A stretch of DNA of 61,875 bases from a virus. Lineage: Duplodnaviria; Caudoviricetes. Positions 35,351 to 44,679 of this stretch are shown piece by piece. The stretch lies in IMG/VR virus record IMGVR_UViG_3300021197_000785, positions 1 through 61,875 of that record, one strand, 5' to 3'. Numbering within the stretch: position 1 is the stretch's first letter; the number at the start of each line of letters is the position of its first letter. The position numbers and the translations under genes were made by a program. Under the pieces are notes generated by a model. The model was given only the letters and a program-made list of their open reading frames with translations, searched no databases and was not told where the DNA came from.

Positions 35351-35867
35351 CCTGTTGTTCCTCGTCTGTTTTAATACCCATAAGTTCGCTCTGATCTAAG
35401 CCTTCTTCATAAGCATCATCAATCTCTTGTAAATCAATTTCGCTGCCTTCAATATCTAAGTATCCATCTTTAAATTCTTTAATAAGTTCAACAGGAAGTT
35501 TAACTTTTACTAGCCAAACTGGATCTTCGCGCAATTTAGCCTTCTTAGTGCCAGGACGAAAATCATCATATCCTTCAATTTTAACAGGTGTACTAAGTTT
35601 GCTTTGCTCATATGTTACTACAGCATTGTAGCCTAGTAGTCTCTTTGCACCATCCGGATCAGGCATTGCCTTCTTGGGCCACATAAATGTTGCTTCTACC
35701 CAATGCTTTTTGCGAATAGGACCTTCTACTAGTTCGCCCTTTTTCCAATTCTTAAAAGCATACATGTCTAAACTATCCATGACACGCTCAATGTCCATCA
35801 TGGTTTCGAGACTGCTCTCGCTCATGTAGATTGTTTTTGTATTTTTGATTATGTCAACAACGTCCAT
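35340..35867 (-). CDS. Hypothetical protein
   Basis: 175 aa; YAFKNWKKGELVEGP...MPDPDGAKRL. Confidence 0.7.
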   Translation of the reverse strand: MDVVDIIKNTKTIYMSESSLETMMDIERVMDSLDMYAFKNWKKGELVEGPIRKKHWVEATFMWPKKAMPDPDGAKRLLGYNAVVTYEQSKLSTPVKIEGYDDFRPGTKKAKLREDPVWLVKVKLPVELIKEFKDGYLDIEGSEIDLQEIDDAYEEGLDQSELMGIKTDEEQQDGA

Positions 35868-36592
35868 TACACTATCCTATCGTATAACATATTTATCCAT
35901 TCTATATGTGCAGACTCAGTAGGATGAGTGGTATAAAACTGTTGTTCTGTTCGCTTTGCCCAATTAAACATGCCTTCATCATGTGCAAACCAGTTAATAC
36001 TCTGTCTTAGTGTTGTTAAACTAGTATCCATTGGAATATTACAAGCAAACAAACTGTCATCTACGTTTAGAAATGCATATGGAATGTCTTGATTATCCAA
36101 ATAGTTTTGTAACATAACTATTTCACACCAACTTGTATATAGTTCCCAATACTCTGTTTGTGCTACGTTTTGTACATAACTTCTAGCAAAATCGGCAATA
36201 CCCGTTGCTTCTGCATTTGATCTGTTTGCTTGTTGTGCTTCAAGTACTAGATCATCTTTGTTAAAAAAATGATCTTCAAATTTGCTATCATCATACGTCC
36301 AGGGGTTAATACTATACCAGGGTGTATCAGCATGTCCAGTATCATATGCAAAGCGAAATTCATAACGATTAGGAAAACTCCACATTACAGCAACAAACAA
36401 GTCTAGATCCTTGTACTTGTTTACTGCGTCCATTACATTGCGACGTATACTACTATTACTTGCCGCAGGTTTACTAGTATTACAAATGTTCCATCCTTTG
36501 CGCTGCGCAACTAGGTTAGCCCAGGCATGTTCCTGACTGGGCAACTCACTTCCATATGTAAAACTATCTCCTCCAGCAATTAACACTGTCAT
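35867..36592 (-). CDS. SGNH/GDSL hydrolase-like protein
   Basis: GGDSFTYG (block I) and C-terminal THPTESAH (block V). Confidence 0.65.
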   Translation of the reverse strand: MTVLIAGGDSFTYGSELPSQEHAWANLVAQRKGWNICNTSKPAASNSSIRRNVMDAVNKYKDLDLFVAVMWSFPNRYEFRFAYDTGHADTPWYSINPWTYDDSKFEDHFFNKDDLVLEAQQANRSNAEATGIADFARSYVQNVAQTEYWELYTSWCEIVMLQNYLDNQDIPYAFLNVDDSLFACNIPMDTSLTTLRQSINWFAHDEGMFNWAKRTEQQFYTTHPTESAHIEWINMLYDRIV

Positions 36593-37359
36593 AGATTTTT
36601 ATCCTCTGCAAAATTTTGTGTAAAGATATGCTGATCATCTTTTATGAACTGATCAAATGTTCTGCTGTCTAAATTAAAAATACGTTTAAGATCCAGACTT
36701 GCATGGGGTGTCCAGTTTTCAGTTACATATCTAGAACCCAGTGTTTTCATTAATGCAAAATCATGTGTATAGTTTTCCAATGCAGTGTGTGTCTTTGCAT
36801 ACTGTGCATTAGCAATTTTAGTTACAGGAAAGCCATTTGCAATCATAGTATTTGCTACTTGTTCAATACCAAGTTGTACTATGCCAGTGGCATTATAGTT
36901 CTTGTAATAGTGTGAACTATCAAGTACACATGCTTCAATCGCAGTTGCTAAACACTGAGGATCTAGATAGGGTGCAGTAGCACGACCTCTGTAGTTTTCT
37001 AATACACCATTGCTGTACTGCTCTGTAAAAATATTATTCATTAGTGGAGCAATATCAAAACTTGTATAGGGTATCCTTGCTTCACGCATAAAGGAGTCTA
37101 GTTGGCTGTGTATAAGCCTCCATGGACCAAGACTACCTATTTTTACAATGTGTTTGATATTGCTATCCATTACACTAAGCATAAAACGCTTTGCGTCATC
37201 TAGCACAGTTTCAGTTTTAGGCAGTATAAGAAACACAGCGTCACTGTCAAGTAACTCAGCCCAAGTGTCACTATTGCCTATGTCGTAACTAGTGTACAGA
37301 TAATCACCTGTAAAGTATTTGCCAATCTGACTGTTACAACCTGTAAATGTGATTTTCAT
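36589..37359 (-). CDS. NmrA-like NAD(P)-binding protein
   Basis: ITFTGCNSQIG, DAVFLI, IKHIVKIGS, RTFDQF. Confidence 0.55.
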   Translation of the reverse strand: MKITFTGCNSQIGKYFTGDYLYTSYDIGNSDTWAELLDSDAVFLILPKTETVLDDAKRFMLSVMDSNIKHIVKIGSLGPWRLIHSQLDSFMREARIPYTSFDIAPLMNNIFTEQYSNGVLENYRGRATAPYLDPQCLATAIEACVLDSSHYYKNYNATGIVQLGIEQVANTMIANGFPVTKIANAQYAKTHTALENYTHDFALMKTLGSRYVTENWTPHASLDLKRIFNLDSRTFDQFIKDDQHIFTQNFAEDKNL

Positions 37360-37366
37360 ATTTTGA

Positions 37367-38416
37367 TTACTTTACCAGCTCTGCTTTGTAAACACTCTTT
37401 AGTCCAAGTGCTTCTGTGTTAAACTTAACTAAGTTGCGCAGTGCTGGCTCTGTGATAAATGTCATAAGCACATCTCTGTGTGCATTGCCATCAGCACCGA
37501 TCTTCCAATCATACACGCCAACTTTCTTTTGAATGTTTGCAGTTGCTTTTGGATCTTTGCTCATTGCAGTTAGTGCTGCTTGTAGTGCCGCTGCATTTGG
37601 ATTGTCTTTGCGCACCCACAATGCTTTTTGCATACCGTCACGGAAACTTTTAACAAGTTTATATGCATCGTAAAACTCACCACTTGGTGCTACACCGTAC
37701 TGTTTAGCAAACATTTCTTCAAACTGATAACCAGGATAGTTTGGATCTGCTACATGACTTTTACTTGCTGCATCCAGGATACCATGATGGAACCATAGTT
37801 CAGCGTCTGCGTTTGAAGCAACATGTTTTTTGTATGCTGCTGGATTTTCACGAGTGCCGTTTAGTTCGCCACGCTTAAATGCAAGACGTCTTTCGCCACC
37901 GCTCATGCCACTTACCCAGGTTACATTTTTATCAAAGCATTGTGCATACTCATCTATTGTAAGTCGTGGACCACACATAAGCATTGTCATTGCAAATGCT
38001 TCTGGCACCATACCTGATCCTGCTGCAAAACTAACTTTGTCTCCTGCTTGATAGTCTTTGCGGATACCTGCAATAATGTTTAGGTTCATAAGTCCAACAC
38101 TGGTGTAGTCTGCATAGTTATAGTCTACGTTCTCTTGTAGAAAACTAACACCATTGCCGCCGTGTGACACCATTACAGTTTTGTCATCTGCTTGTAGTTT
38201 GTTGTGAAATTCGTTAAAGCCAGGAATGTCACGAGCACCTGGAATAGTTTTAATAATAATCTTCTCACCCAAGAACGGCTCAAGTTCTTTGGCAACAATC
38301 TCTGCCCAAACAGTGGTACCACCGCCTGGCTTTTGTGGAACAACAAATGTATAATCTGCACTTGCTGTTGTGGTCATACCTAGCACAATGGCTAGACTCA
38401 TTAGTAATTTACGCAT
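37367..38416 (-). CDS. tctC: Tripartite tricarboxylate transporter substrate-binding protein (TctC/Bug-like)
   Basis: Signal peptide (ASA-D), VVPQKPGGGT, KTIPGA, AFKRGELNG; directly follows tctA. Confidence 0.7.
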   Translation of the reverse strand: MRKLLMSLAIVLGMTTTASADYTFVVPQKPGGGTTVWAEIVAKELEPFLGEKIIIKTIPGARDIPGFNEFHNKLQADDKTVMVSHGGNGVSFLQENVDYNYADYTSVGLMNLNIIAGIRKDYQAGDKVSFAAGSGMVPEAFAMTMLMCGPRLTIDEYAQCFDKNVTWVSGMSGGERRLAFKRGELNGTRENPAAYKKHVASNADAELWFHHGILDAASKSHVADPNYPGYQFEEMFAKQYGVAPSGEFYDAYKLVKSFRDGMQKALWVRKDNPNAAALQAALTAMSKDPKATANIQKKVGVYDWKIGADGNAHRDVLMTFITEPALRNLVKFNTEALGLKSVYKAELVK

Positions 38417-39842
38417 AATCTAATCTCCTTTTAGAGGTTATACCCCAAGCAAACACACCCGTGGTCACTAGTACAAGTATAACAAATATTGGTCTTGTAA
38501 TCAATGTATCAATTGAATACAGTGTTGTCATTTGTAGTGTTAGAGCCTCTACACGCTCTGCTAGTATAAATCCAATAACCATTCCTGGTCTACTGAACTT
38601 GTAAGTCTTACACAGTATGCCTAAAGCACTACATACTGCAAGTATAAAGTAATCTTCCCAACCACCTGTGTACTGAACACATGCCCAGGTAATAAACACA
38701 AGCAGCAACGGAAAATAGTATCGGTATGGCACACGGGTAATAGCACTGATGTAGCGTGTGAATAACAAACACAGTATGCCTACCAGCACAGTTGCCCACA
38801 TAAAACCAAATGTTAAACTGTCAAAGAAACGTTGATCATATGCTAAGTCAGGTGTACCTAATTCAAATCCCAAGTACATAAACAGTGCTATAATAACAGC
38901 CGCAAATGGAGCACCAGGAATACCAAACAGCACAGTGGGAATCATGCTGGTTGCTTTTTGTGCATTGTTAGCACCCTCTGGTCCTATAACACCTTTGATG
39001 TTTCCATCGCCGAACTTGTCGTTTGGGTGGGCGGCAACAGTTGAACCATAAGCCATCCAATCTGCCATCGCGCCGCCCAAACCAGGCAGTAATCCGATAA
39101 ACGCACCAATAAATCCACCTCGGAGTGCATCGAATTTATTAGCCCATACTGCCTGCACACCTGCTACAGTTTGACCAAATTGATCAGTACTGTCTGTAGT
39201 AGCAAGTCTACGTTTTAATCCATCAACCAGTTCTGGTACTGCAAATAACCCTGCAACAAATGGCATAAGTTGTATGCCGTTGCCCAAGTAATCCCAGCCC
39301 ATTGTATAACGATCTGCATTAGTAGTAGGGTCAGTGCCTATAAAGCCTAGCCCAATGCCCACAGCAATAGCAATCAAACTGCGCACCCACCAACGACTTG
39401 ACACAAAGCCAACAGTGGCTAGTGCAAGCATGGTAAACGCCCAGAGTTCAGGAATGCCCAGGATCATTAACAAGTTTGTGTACCAGGGCAACAATGCAAA
39501 CGTTAGTGTTCCCCACAGCAAGCCATTTACAGTGCTTGTTGTCACTGCGGCTGTTATTGCGTATGTTGCTTGACCTTTTTGCGCAAGAGGAAAACCATCC
39601 ACCATTGTTGCGGCTGCACTGTTAGCACCTGGTATACCCAGCAACACACCTGTGTATGTGTCACCTGTTGTGCTGGCTGCTACCACTGCCATACAAAAGA
39701 TAACACCCAAGTAAGGATCATTTACAAAGTATGCAATGAATCCAAACAGTGCCACAAGTCCAGTAGTAGCACCAGCACTTGGGATGATGCCAATTAATAG
39801 TCCATATAATGTACCTGCCACAAGGGCATATATTTCAGCCAT
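38409..39842 (-). CDS. tctA: Tripartite tricarboxylate transporter large membrane subunit
   Basis: GLLIGIIPSAG, LLGIPG...AATMVDGFPLAQKG, GLLPGLG, PEGANNA...IPTVLFGIPG; start placed at ATG 39842. Confidence 0.9.
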   Translation of the reverse strand: MAEIYALVAGTLYGLLIGIIPSAGATTGLVALFGFIAYFVNDPYLGVIFCMAVVAASTTGDTYTGVLLGIPGANSAAATMVDGFPLAQKGQATYAITAAVTTSTVNGLLWGTLTFALLPWYTNLLMILGIPELWAFTMLALATVGFVSSRWWVRSLIAIAVGIGLGFIGTDPTTNADRYTMGWDYLGNGIQLMPFVAGLFAVPELVDGLKRRLATTDSTDQFGQTVAGVQAVWANKFDALRGGFIGAFIGLLPGLGGAMADWMAYGSTVAAHPNDKFGDGNIKGVIGPEGANNAQKATSMIPTVLFGIPGAPFAAVIIALFMYLGFELGTPDLAYDQRFFDSLTFGFMWATVLVGILCLLFTRYISAITRVPYRYYFPLLLVFITWACVQYTGGWEDYFILAVCSALGILCKTYKFSRPGMVIGFILAERVEALTLQMTTLYSIDTLITRPIFVILVLVTTGVFAWGITSKRRLDYA

Positions 39843-39943
39843 AGAGAAATCACAGTCGCGCAAACACGAACTGTGCCTTTAGTTTTATTGGGGGATTTGA
39901 AAACTGAACTTCTATTGGTCGAGCGTTAGTTTTCGTTGTCTTT

Positions 39944-39950
39944 TATTTAT
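39944..39950 (-). promoter_or_regulatory. Late promoter ATAAATA upstream of tctA
   Basis: About 100 nt upstream of the tctA ATG; preceded on the minus strand by hairpin TGACC-tgcg-GGTCA (39954-39967). Confidence 0.5.
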
Positions 39951-39971
39951 GCATGACCCGCAGGTCAATGT

Positions 39972-40676
39972 TTAGTTTTTGGTTCGCCACACAAAGTATA
40001 TTCTACCTCTGTGACTATCCGTGCGTATATCCAGTATGTCTACACCCAGTTGATCTGCGCAGTTTACAATAAATGTACTGTCCCACGGGTAAAAGTATAT
40101 CCATTTGCTGTGTTCTTTGCCCGTGGGTCTGTTTGCTTCATCATGTGGCAGTCCTGGATTAACGCGAAAGAACATTACTGCTCCTGGATTACACAAACTA
40201 ACAGCATGTTCTAGTTCTGCAAAAATCTTATCTGTACTACCAAAGTTTATACTGCCCAGTGCAAGTGTAGCATCATACTTTTCATTTGGATGATGATCTA
40301 ATAGTTTTACATGCAAATCTGCTGCATCATTGTATGGATCAATACCTACAATATTGTCGATCTTGTGTTTGAACTCGTGATAACCACATCCAATGTCCAA
40401 GACCTTGCGCGGCTTTAAACTGTTGATTTCGTCAATCAGTGCAAGCCCACTATATTTGTACTTTTTCATTTCGCCTTGCCAATGATGTCGAAAGTATTTG
40501 TCCAACACTTTGTCATCAATAGCATCTACAAGTTCGCCAATGTTACCGTGCTCAACACTGTCAATATCAATGTCAAATGTGCCTTGTATAGCCTGTTGTA
40601 GTGTGCGTGGATTACGCAACAACTGTGGGCTAGTATGGATCATTTGTTCAAGTTTGTGTAGGATTTTATGATTCAA
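39972..40676 (-). CDS. Class I SAM-dependent methyltransferase
   Basis: VLDIGCG, GIDPY, YDATLALGS. Confidence 0.75.
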   Translation of the reverse strand: MNHKILHKLEQMIHTSPQLLRNPRTLQQAIQGTFDIDIDSVEHGNIGELVDAIDDKVLDKYFRHHWQGEMKKYKYSGLALIDEINSLKPRKVLDIGCGYHEFKHKIDNIVGIDPYNDAADLHVKLLDHHPNEKYDATLALGSINFGSTDKIFAELEHAVSLCNPGAVMFFRVNPGLPHDEANRPTGKEHSKWIYFYPWDSTFIVNCADQLGVDILDIRTDSHRGRIYFVWRTKN

Positions 40677-41203
40677 GGTTTATATGTTCCTATGAAAATG
40701 TCGCTATGTTTGTGATGTTGTAACCATTGTACACTGTGTTTGCATCCAAAGTCAAGTATTAAGTTGTTCTGTTCTTCAATGCGTTTGGTCATCCAGTAGT
40801 CTGTTTCATACCAATCATAGTTTGGATAGGTAATGTCAAACCCGCCTGCTTGCTTCCACCATAGGAAACTTGCCCAGTCTGGTCTGTATATTAACTGTAT
40901 CCAAGCAAGTGGATAGGCATCTTGTATAGCATCAAAGTGGTAGGGCCACTCATGACTCATAAGCAGTTTACACCCTGCTTTGCTAGTGTAGGGTGCATCC
41001 AAATTATTACGATCTAAACTACAATCAAACTCCATGCCTGTGCCAAAATAACTGTCACAGTGTCCATTAAAGTCACCATGTTTGTATACACGATGTTCAG
41101 CACGATCTGTGGTGTTGTACCCAGGCTGACTTTTAATTTCCTGTGCAATACCACTCCAGCGTGAACCAGGCACACCTGTATAAAATATATATTCTGGAAT
41201 CAT
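40673..41203 (-). CDS. Hypothetical protein, P-loop/sulfotransferase-like
   Basis: IFYTGVPGSRWSG N-terminal loop, MSH and IYRP motifs. Confidence 0.5.
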   Translation of the reverse strand: MIPEYIFYTGVPGSRWSGIAQEIKSQPGYNTTDRAEHRVYKHGDFNGHCDSYFGTGMEFDCSLDRNNLDAPYTSKAGCKLLMSHEWPYHFDAIQDAYPLAWIQLIYRPDWASFLWWKQAGGFDITYPNYDWYETDYWMTKRIEEQNNLILDFGCKHSVQWLQHHKHSDIFIGTYKP

Positions 41204-41359
41204 AAAATTATTTATCCATTATGTACGCACTTAATTCATATATACACATATAACACTAAGGATACCACTGTAAATATTATTAGAAAGGGAGGCATTTATT
41301 CTGGTCTTCATACAATTCGATTATATGCTTCTCTATGCAACAAGGAGATAGCATAACAA

Positions 41360-42103
41360 ATGGCAAAACGAAATCGTAAGCGTCAGCAACGTGCGCAAAC
41401 ACATGCTGAATATCTAGAATCAAACGTTCACTACTTACCTCAAGCACAAAAACAAAAGCAAGTCCTACTACAAGGGCGTAATCCTAACCAAGACGAGTAC
41501 ATTAAAAAACTCTTGGATCCCTATCAAACAATTATATTTTCAACAGGCCCTGCAGGCACGGGTAAAACCATGCTGGCTGTACTTGCGGCTGTGAAAGCAC
41601 TAAAGGCTCGCACTATTGAAAGAATTATTGTTACACGCCCAGCAGTAGGAGTAGATGATGAAAAACACGGTTTCTTACCTGGTGACCTTAATGCAAAAAT
41701 GGAACCATGGACCAAGCCTATATTCGATGTTGTTAGAGAATACTACAATTCCAAGCAAATACAAACCATGATTGCTGAAGGTGTGATTGAAATATCTCCA
41801 CTTGCTTTCATGCGGGGTCGAACTTTTAAAAACGCTTGGGTCATTGCAGATGAAATGCAAAACGCTACACCTAGTCAAATGAAAATGTTGTTAACAAGAA
41901 TAGGCGATGAAAGTCGTATGGTTATTACAGGAGATATTGCACAAACTGATCGCAAAGAATATGAAAACGGACTTATGGATTTTCAAAAATTATATGCAAG
42001 ATATAAACACAGTGAGTTTATTAGTGTATGCGAGTTTGATCACACTGATATTGAAAGGCATCCAGCAGTTGCAGAAGTATTGGACATCTACGGAGATAAA
42101 TAA
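41360..42103 (+). CDS. phoH: PhoH-family ATPase
   Basis: GPAGTGKT, TRPAV, GFLPG, FMRGRTF, DEMQN, LTRIG, TGDIAQTD, RHP. Confidence 0.95.
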   Translation: MAKRNRKRQQRAQTHAEYLESNVHYLPQAQKQKQVLLQGRNPNQDEYIKKLLDPYQTIIFSTGPAGTGKTMLAVLAAVKALKARTIERIIVTRPAVGVDDEKHGFLPGDLNAKMEPWTKPIFDVVREYYNSKQIQTMIAEGVIEISPLAFMRGRTFKNAWVIADEMQNATPSQMKMLLTRIGDESRMVITGDIAQTDRKEYENGLMDFQKLYARYKHSEFISVCEFDHTDIERHPAVAEVLDIYGDK

Positions 42104-42136
42104 CACGTCATAACAAAAATCTAACGGAGAAGAATT

Positions 42137-42646
42137 ATGGATTATAAATTTTTGGTGTCCGCTCATCAGGACGCTGCTGGTAGTGAAAATGCCAAAATAA
42201 AAATTGAAGTTGAGGGTGCAGTAGCAGTTGCTGAAGCAGAGATTACAAGCTCTGATGTTGATAATCCTACTAATATTGTGTTTGAAGTTACTGGCTTAGA
42301 TGCAACAAGCGATTCAACAACAATAGATGTAAAATATACACTACTCAATGATTATTATGTAGATGCTAGTACAGATAGAAATGCTATTATACATCAGATG
42401 GCTTACCATGATAAAACTAATGGTGTAGCATACCAGCGTAATGAAATAAACGCTGGGGTAAATAGTTTTGTAACAACTACTAATTTTGATTTTTTAACTA
42501 TGGATTCCGCAGAAATGACTGCAATTAATCCTGCACCTCCTGGGGATTTTACACTAGGATATCATATTATTTTAAGCGATGATACACCATATACTGTAAC
42601 ATATAAACTTCCGTTAGCAGCAAACAGAACATCCATTAGTTTATAA
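42137..42646 (+). CDS. Hypothetical protein with possible carbohydrate-binding beta-sandwich
   Basis: ND...DRNAII motif resembling Ca-dependent CBMs; ATAAATA (42096-42102) and GGAG SD upstream. Confidence 0.5.
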   Translation: MDYKFLVSAHQDAAGSENAKIKIEVEGAVAVAEAEITSSDVDNPTNIVFEVTGLDATSDSTTIDVKYTLLNDYYVDASTDRNAIIHQMAYHDKTNGVAYQRNEINAGVNSFVTTTNFDFLTMDSAEMTAINPAPPGDFTLGYHIILSDDTPYTVTYKLPLAANRTSISL

Positions 42647-42650
42647 TAAT

Positions 42651-42724
42651 TGGCAGAGGATGTAGGAGTCGAACCCACGCTTACAGGGTTGGAGCCTGTC
42701 GTGCTACCGTAACACTTATCCCCT
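42651..42724 (-). tRNA. trnW: tRNA-Trp(CCA)
   Basis: Cloverleaf: acceptor AGGGGAT/ATCCTCT, anticodon arm ACAGG-CTCCAAC-CCTGT, GGTTCGACTC T-arm, encoded CCA. Confidence 0.95.
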
Positions 42725-42729
42725 ATATT

Positions 42730-42805
42730 TGGTACTCCGTACGGGACTCGAACCCGTGTTGCTCGCGTGAAAGGCGAGTGTCCTAGACCGCTAGACGAAC
42801 GGAGC
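42730..42805 (-). tRNA. trnE: tRNA-Glu(UUC)
   Basis: Anticodon arm CTCGC-CTTTCAC-GCGAG, GGTTCGAGTC T-arm, encoded CCA. Confidence 0.95.
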
Positions 42806-42809
42806 ATAT

Positions 42810-42885
<76 letters not shown>

Positions 42886-42886
<1 letters not shown>

Positions 42887-43032
42887 TATAACTTTGTGTT
42901 GCGCTTGCCAGCCCTACGAAGTTTGCGTAATCTATTAAACTTCCGCTCTAGACAATCACAAACTATGTCTTTTAGTTTACGGCGTTTTGATCGTGCCGCA
43001 TCACTCTTTGCAATCCGCTTGGCTTTATTCAT
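42886..43032 (-). CDS. Small highly basic protein
   Basis: MNKAKRIAKSDAARSKRRKLK...; GGAG SD before ATG 43032. Confidence 0.5.
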
Positions 43033-43528
43033 GTTCTCCACCGGGATCATTTGGATCAAGCATAACTTTCTTACCATTGATCCACATATGTCCTCTTGTG
43101 CGACTTACAGAATGATAACCATCCGAGCGCAAGTTAAAAAGTGATGGATTGTTTTTTGCTACAGCAAATGTTCCAACTGTAATTGCAATTGCTGCCAGCA
43201 CAATAACGTGTGCAATAGCAGTAATGCCAAACATCCACATACTACCAAAATAACTACTAAACACAATACACCACATCCATGCTAGTACCTGCATAACCAT
43301 ATGGCGTGTATTTAAATCTGGAATATTACGCAATGGATTCATATTATGATCCATCACTGCGTTCCAACCATTAACAATAAATGTTCTCACCGGGTAAACT
43401 CCTTTTTCATATGTAACTTTAAGTGGATAGTGAGCATCCACTATGTCTTTAAACTCTATGGCATCATACTGGTCAACAAAGTATCTGACAACTTTATGGT
43501 CTTTGAAATATCCACTAACCCTGTACAA
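43025..43528 (-). CDS. Membrane protein (2 TM)
   Basis: NPLRNIPD...MQVLAWMWCIVFS and second TM; likely TTG start near 43528. Confidence 0.65.
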   Translation of the reverse strand: MYRVSGYFKDHKVVRYFVDQYDAIEFKDIVDAHYPLKVTYEKGVYPVRTFIVNGWNAVMDHNMNPLRNIPDLNTRHMVMQVLAWMWCIVFSSYFGSMWMFGITAIAHVIVLAAIAITVGTFAVAKNNPSLFNLRSDGYHSVSRTRGHMWINGKKVMLDPNDPGGEHE

Positions 43529-44087
43529 TGTCGTATATCTCTTTCCAGTTCTTAGCAAGCGGAAAGTCCTTGTTGTCCATGTTAAAGCCATGTTCTACCA
43601 GGATAGGCTTTAGTCCCTGCTTTTGTCCAGCAAGTGCGTTCTCAGGCTTATCTTCTACCCAATACATGCCGCTTCCTGCATACTTTGCAAGTGCATCATC
43701 TTTGTCTGCGCCTGTTGCCAAACATGTAACAGTTTCAAACGTGCCTTCTCCAAACAGTTTGTCCAAGTTCCGTTTCCGTAACTTTTGTGCATACTTGTTT
43801 GTGCTGAGGCTTGTAATTGCAATAAATGTCCAACCTTCGTCTGCCATCTTTGTTACATACTGTACTGCATCACGCAGTGGCGGGAGGTAACCAATTGCAG
43901 CACTTTCGTTGAAAATCTTGACTAGTTTTTTGACCTGTGGCTTATCAATGCCATAACGTTGTGCCATATCATACAAGTAATTTGCACCTTCTACTTTGGT
44001 AAATCCATGCTCTTGCATAAAAATATCAAAAGCATATTCCCAATTAAGAACTACGCCATCACAGTCTACTAGTATTGTCTTTTTCAT
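43515..44087 (-). CDS. HAD-superfamily phosphatase (5'(3')-deoxyribonucleotidase-like)
   Basis: LVDCDGV (DxDGV), AITS, K, WVEDK. Confidence 0.8.
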   Translation of the reverse strand: MKKTILVDCDGVVLNWEYAFDIFMQEHGFTKVEGANYLYDMAQRYGIDKPQVKKLVKIFNESAAIGYLPPLRDAVQYVTKMADEGWTFIAITSLSTNKYAQKLRKRNLDKLFGEGTFETVTCLATGADKDDALAKYAGSGMYWVEDKPENALAGQKQGLKPILVEHGFNMDNKDFPLAKNWKEIYDIVQG

Positions 44088-44116
44088 ATTATCTCCTCAA
44101 CATCAACTTACTCTTT

Positions 44117-44144
44117 ATAATAGCACAGTATTAGATGTTGTCAA
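44117..44144 (-). promoter_or_regulatory. Sigma70-like promoter TTGACA-N16-TATTAT
   Basis: GGTTGACAacatctaatactgtgcTATTAT, GAGGAG SD downstream. Confidence 0.6.
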
Positions 44145-44679
44145 CCTTTTTAGTGTATACAATCATAGTATATCTTGTGTGTAGACCAGCATTGGCTGCA
44201 CTGTGTATTAGGTTATCAAAACTATACACATCGCCTGCACTATACTTTGTAAGCACTTGTTCGCCTACAAACAGAGCCTGTCCGAATGCACTGTCCTCTA
44301 AAGGTATCCATAATCTTACAACTTCATCTACGTTAAAATTGGGATTATTACGAAGCGCATGGTTAAATTTATCAACATGCGGTACACTAAACGTAGCAGG
44401 ATCTACTCTAAGCACTATAACATTATCAGGTTTATCAATACCATGTTCTTGTAAAAATGCGTCTGGAATAATATCTTTATACCAGTCTTTACAATACTCA
44501 TTAATAAGACAATGGTCATAGTGTATGTAATTTTCAACAGGCAATTCAAAGGCGAAGTCTACTACATTTTGTGCATGAGTTTTACCATCTACATGTTTTA
44601 CTACACGATCAGGATCACGACCTTTAACATCATCTAATAACTTTTGTGGAATATCAATATTTCCTAATAAGGTTATCAT
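44131..44679 (-). CDS. 2OG-Fe(II)/AspH-like dioxygenase
   Basis: VPHVD, RLWIPL, IHSAANAG...RYTM. Confidence 0.65.
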   Translation of the reverse strand: MITLLGNIDIPQKLLDDVKGRDPDRVVKHVDGKTHAQNVVDFAFELPVENYIHYDHCLINEYCKDWYKDIIPDAFLQEHGIDKPDNVIVLRVDPATFSVPHVDKFNHALRNNPNFNVDEVVRLWIPLEDSAFGQALFVGEQVLTKYSAGDVYSFDNLIHSAANAGLHTRYTMIVYTKKVDNI

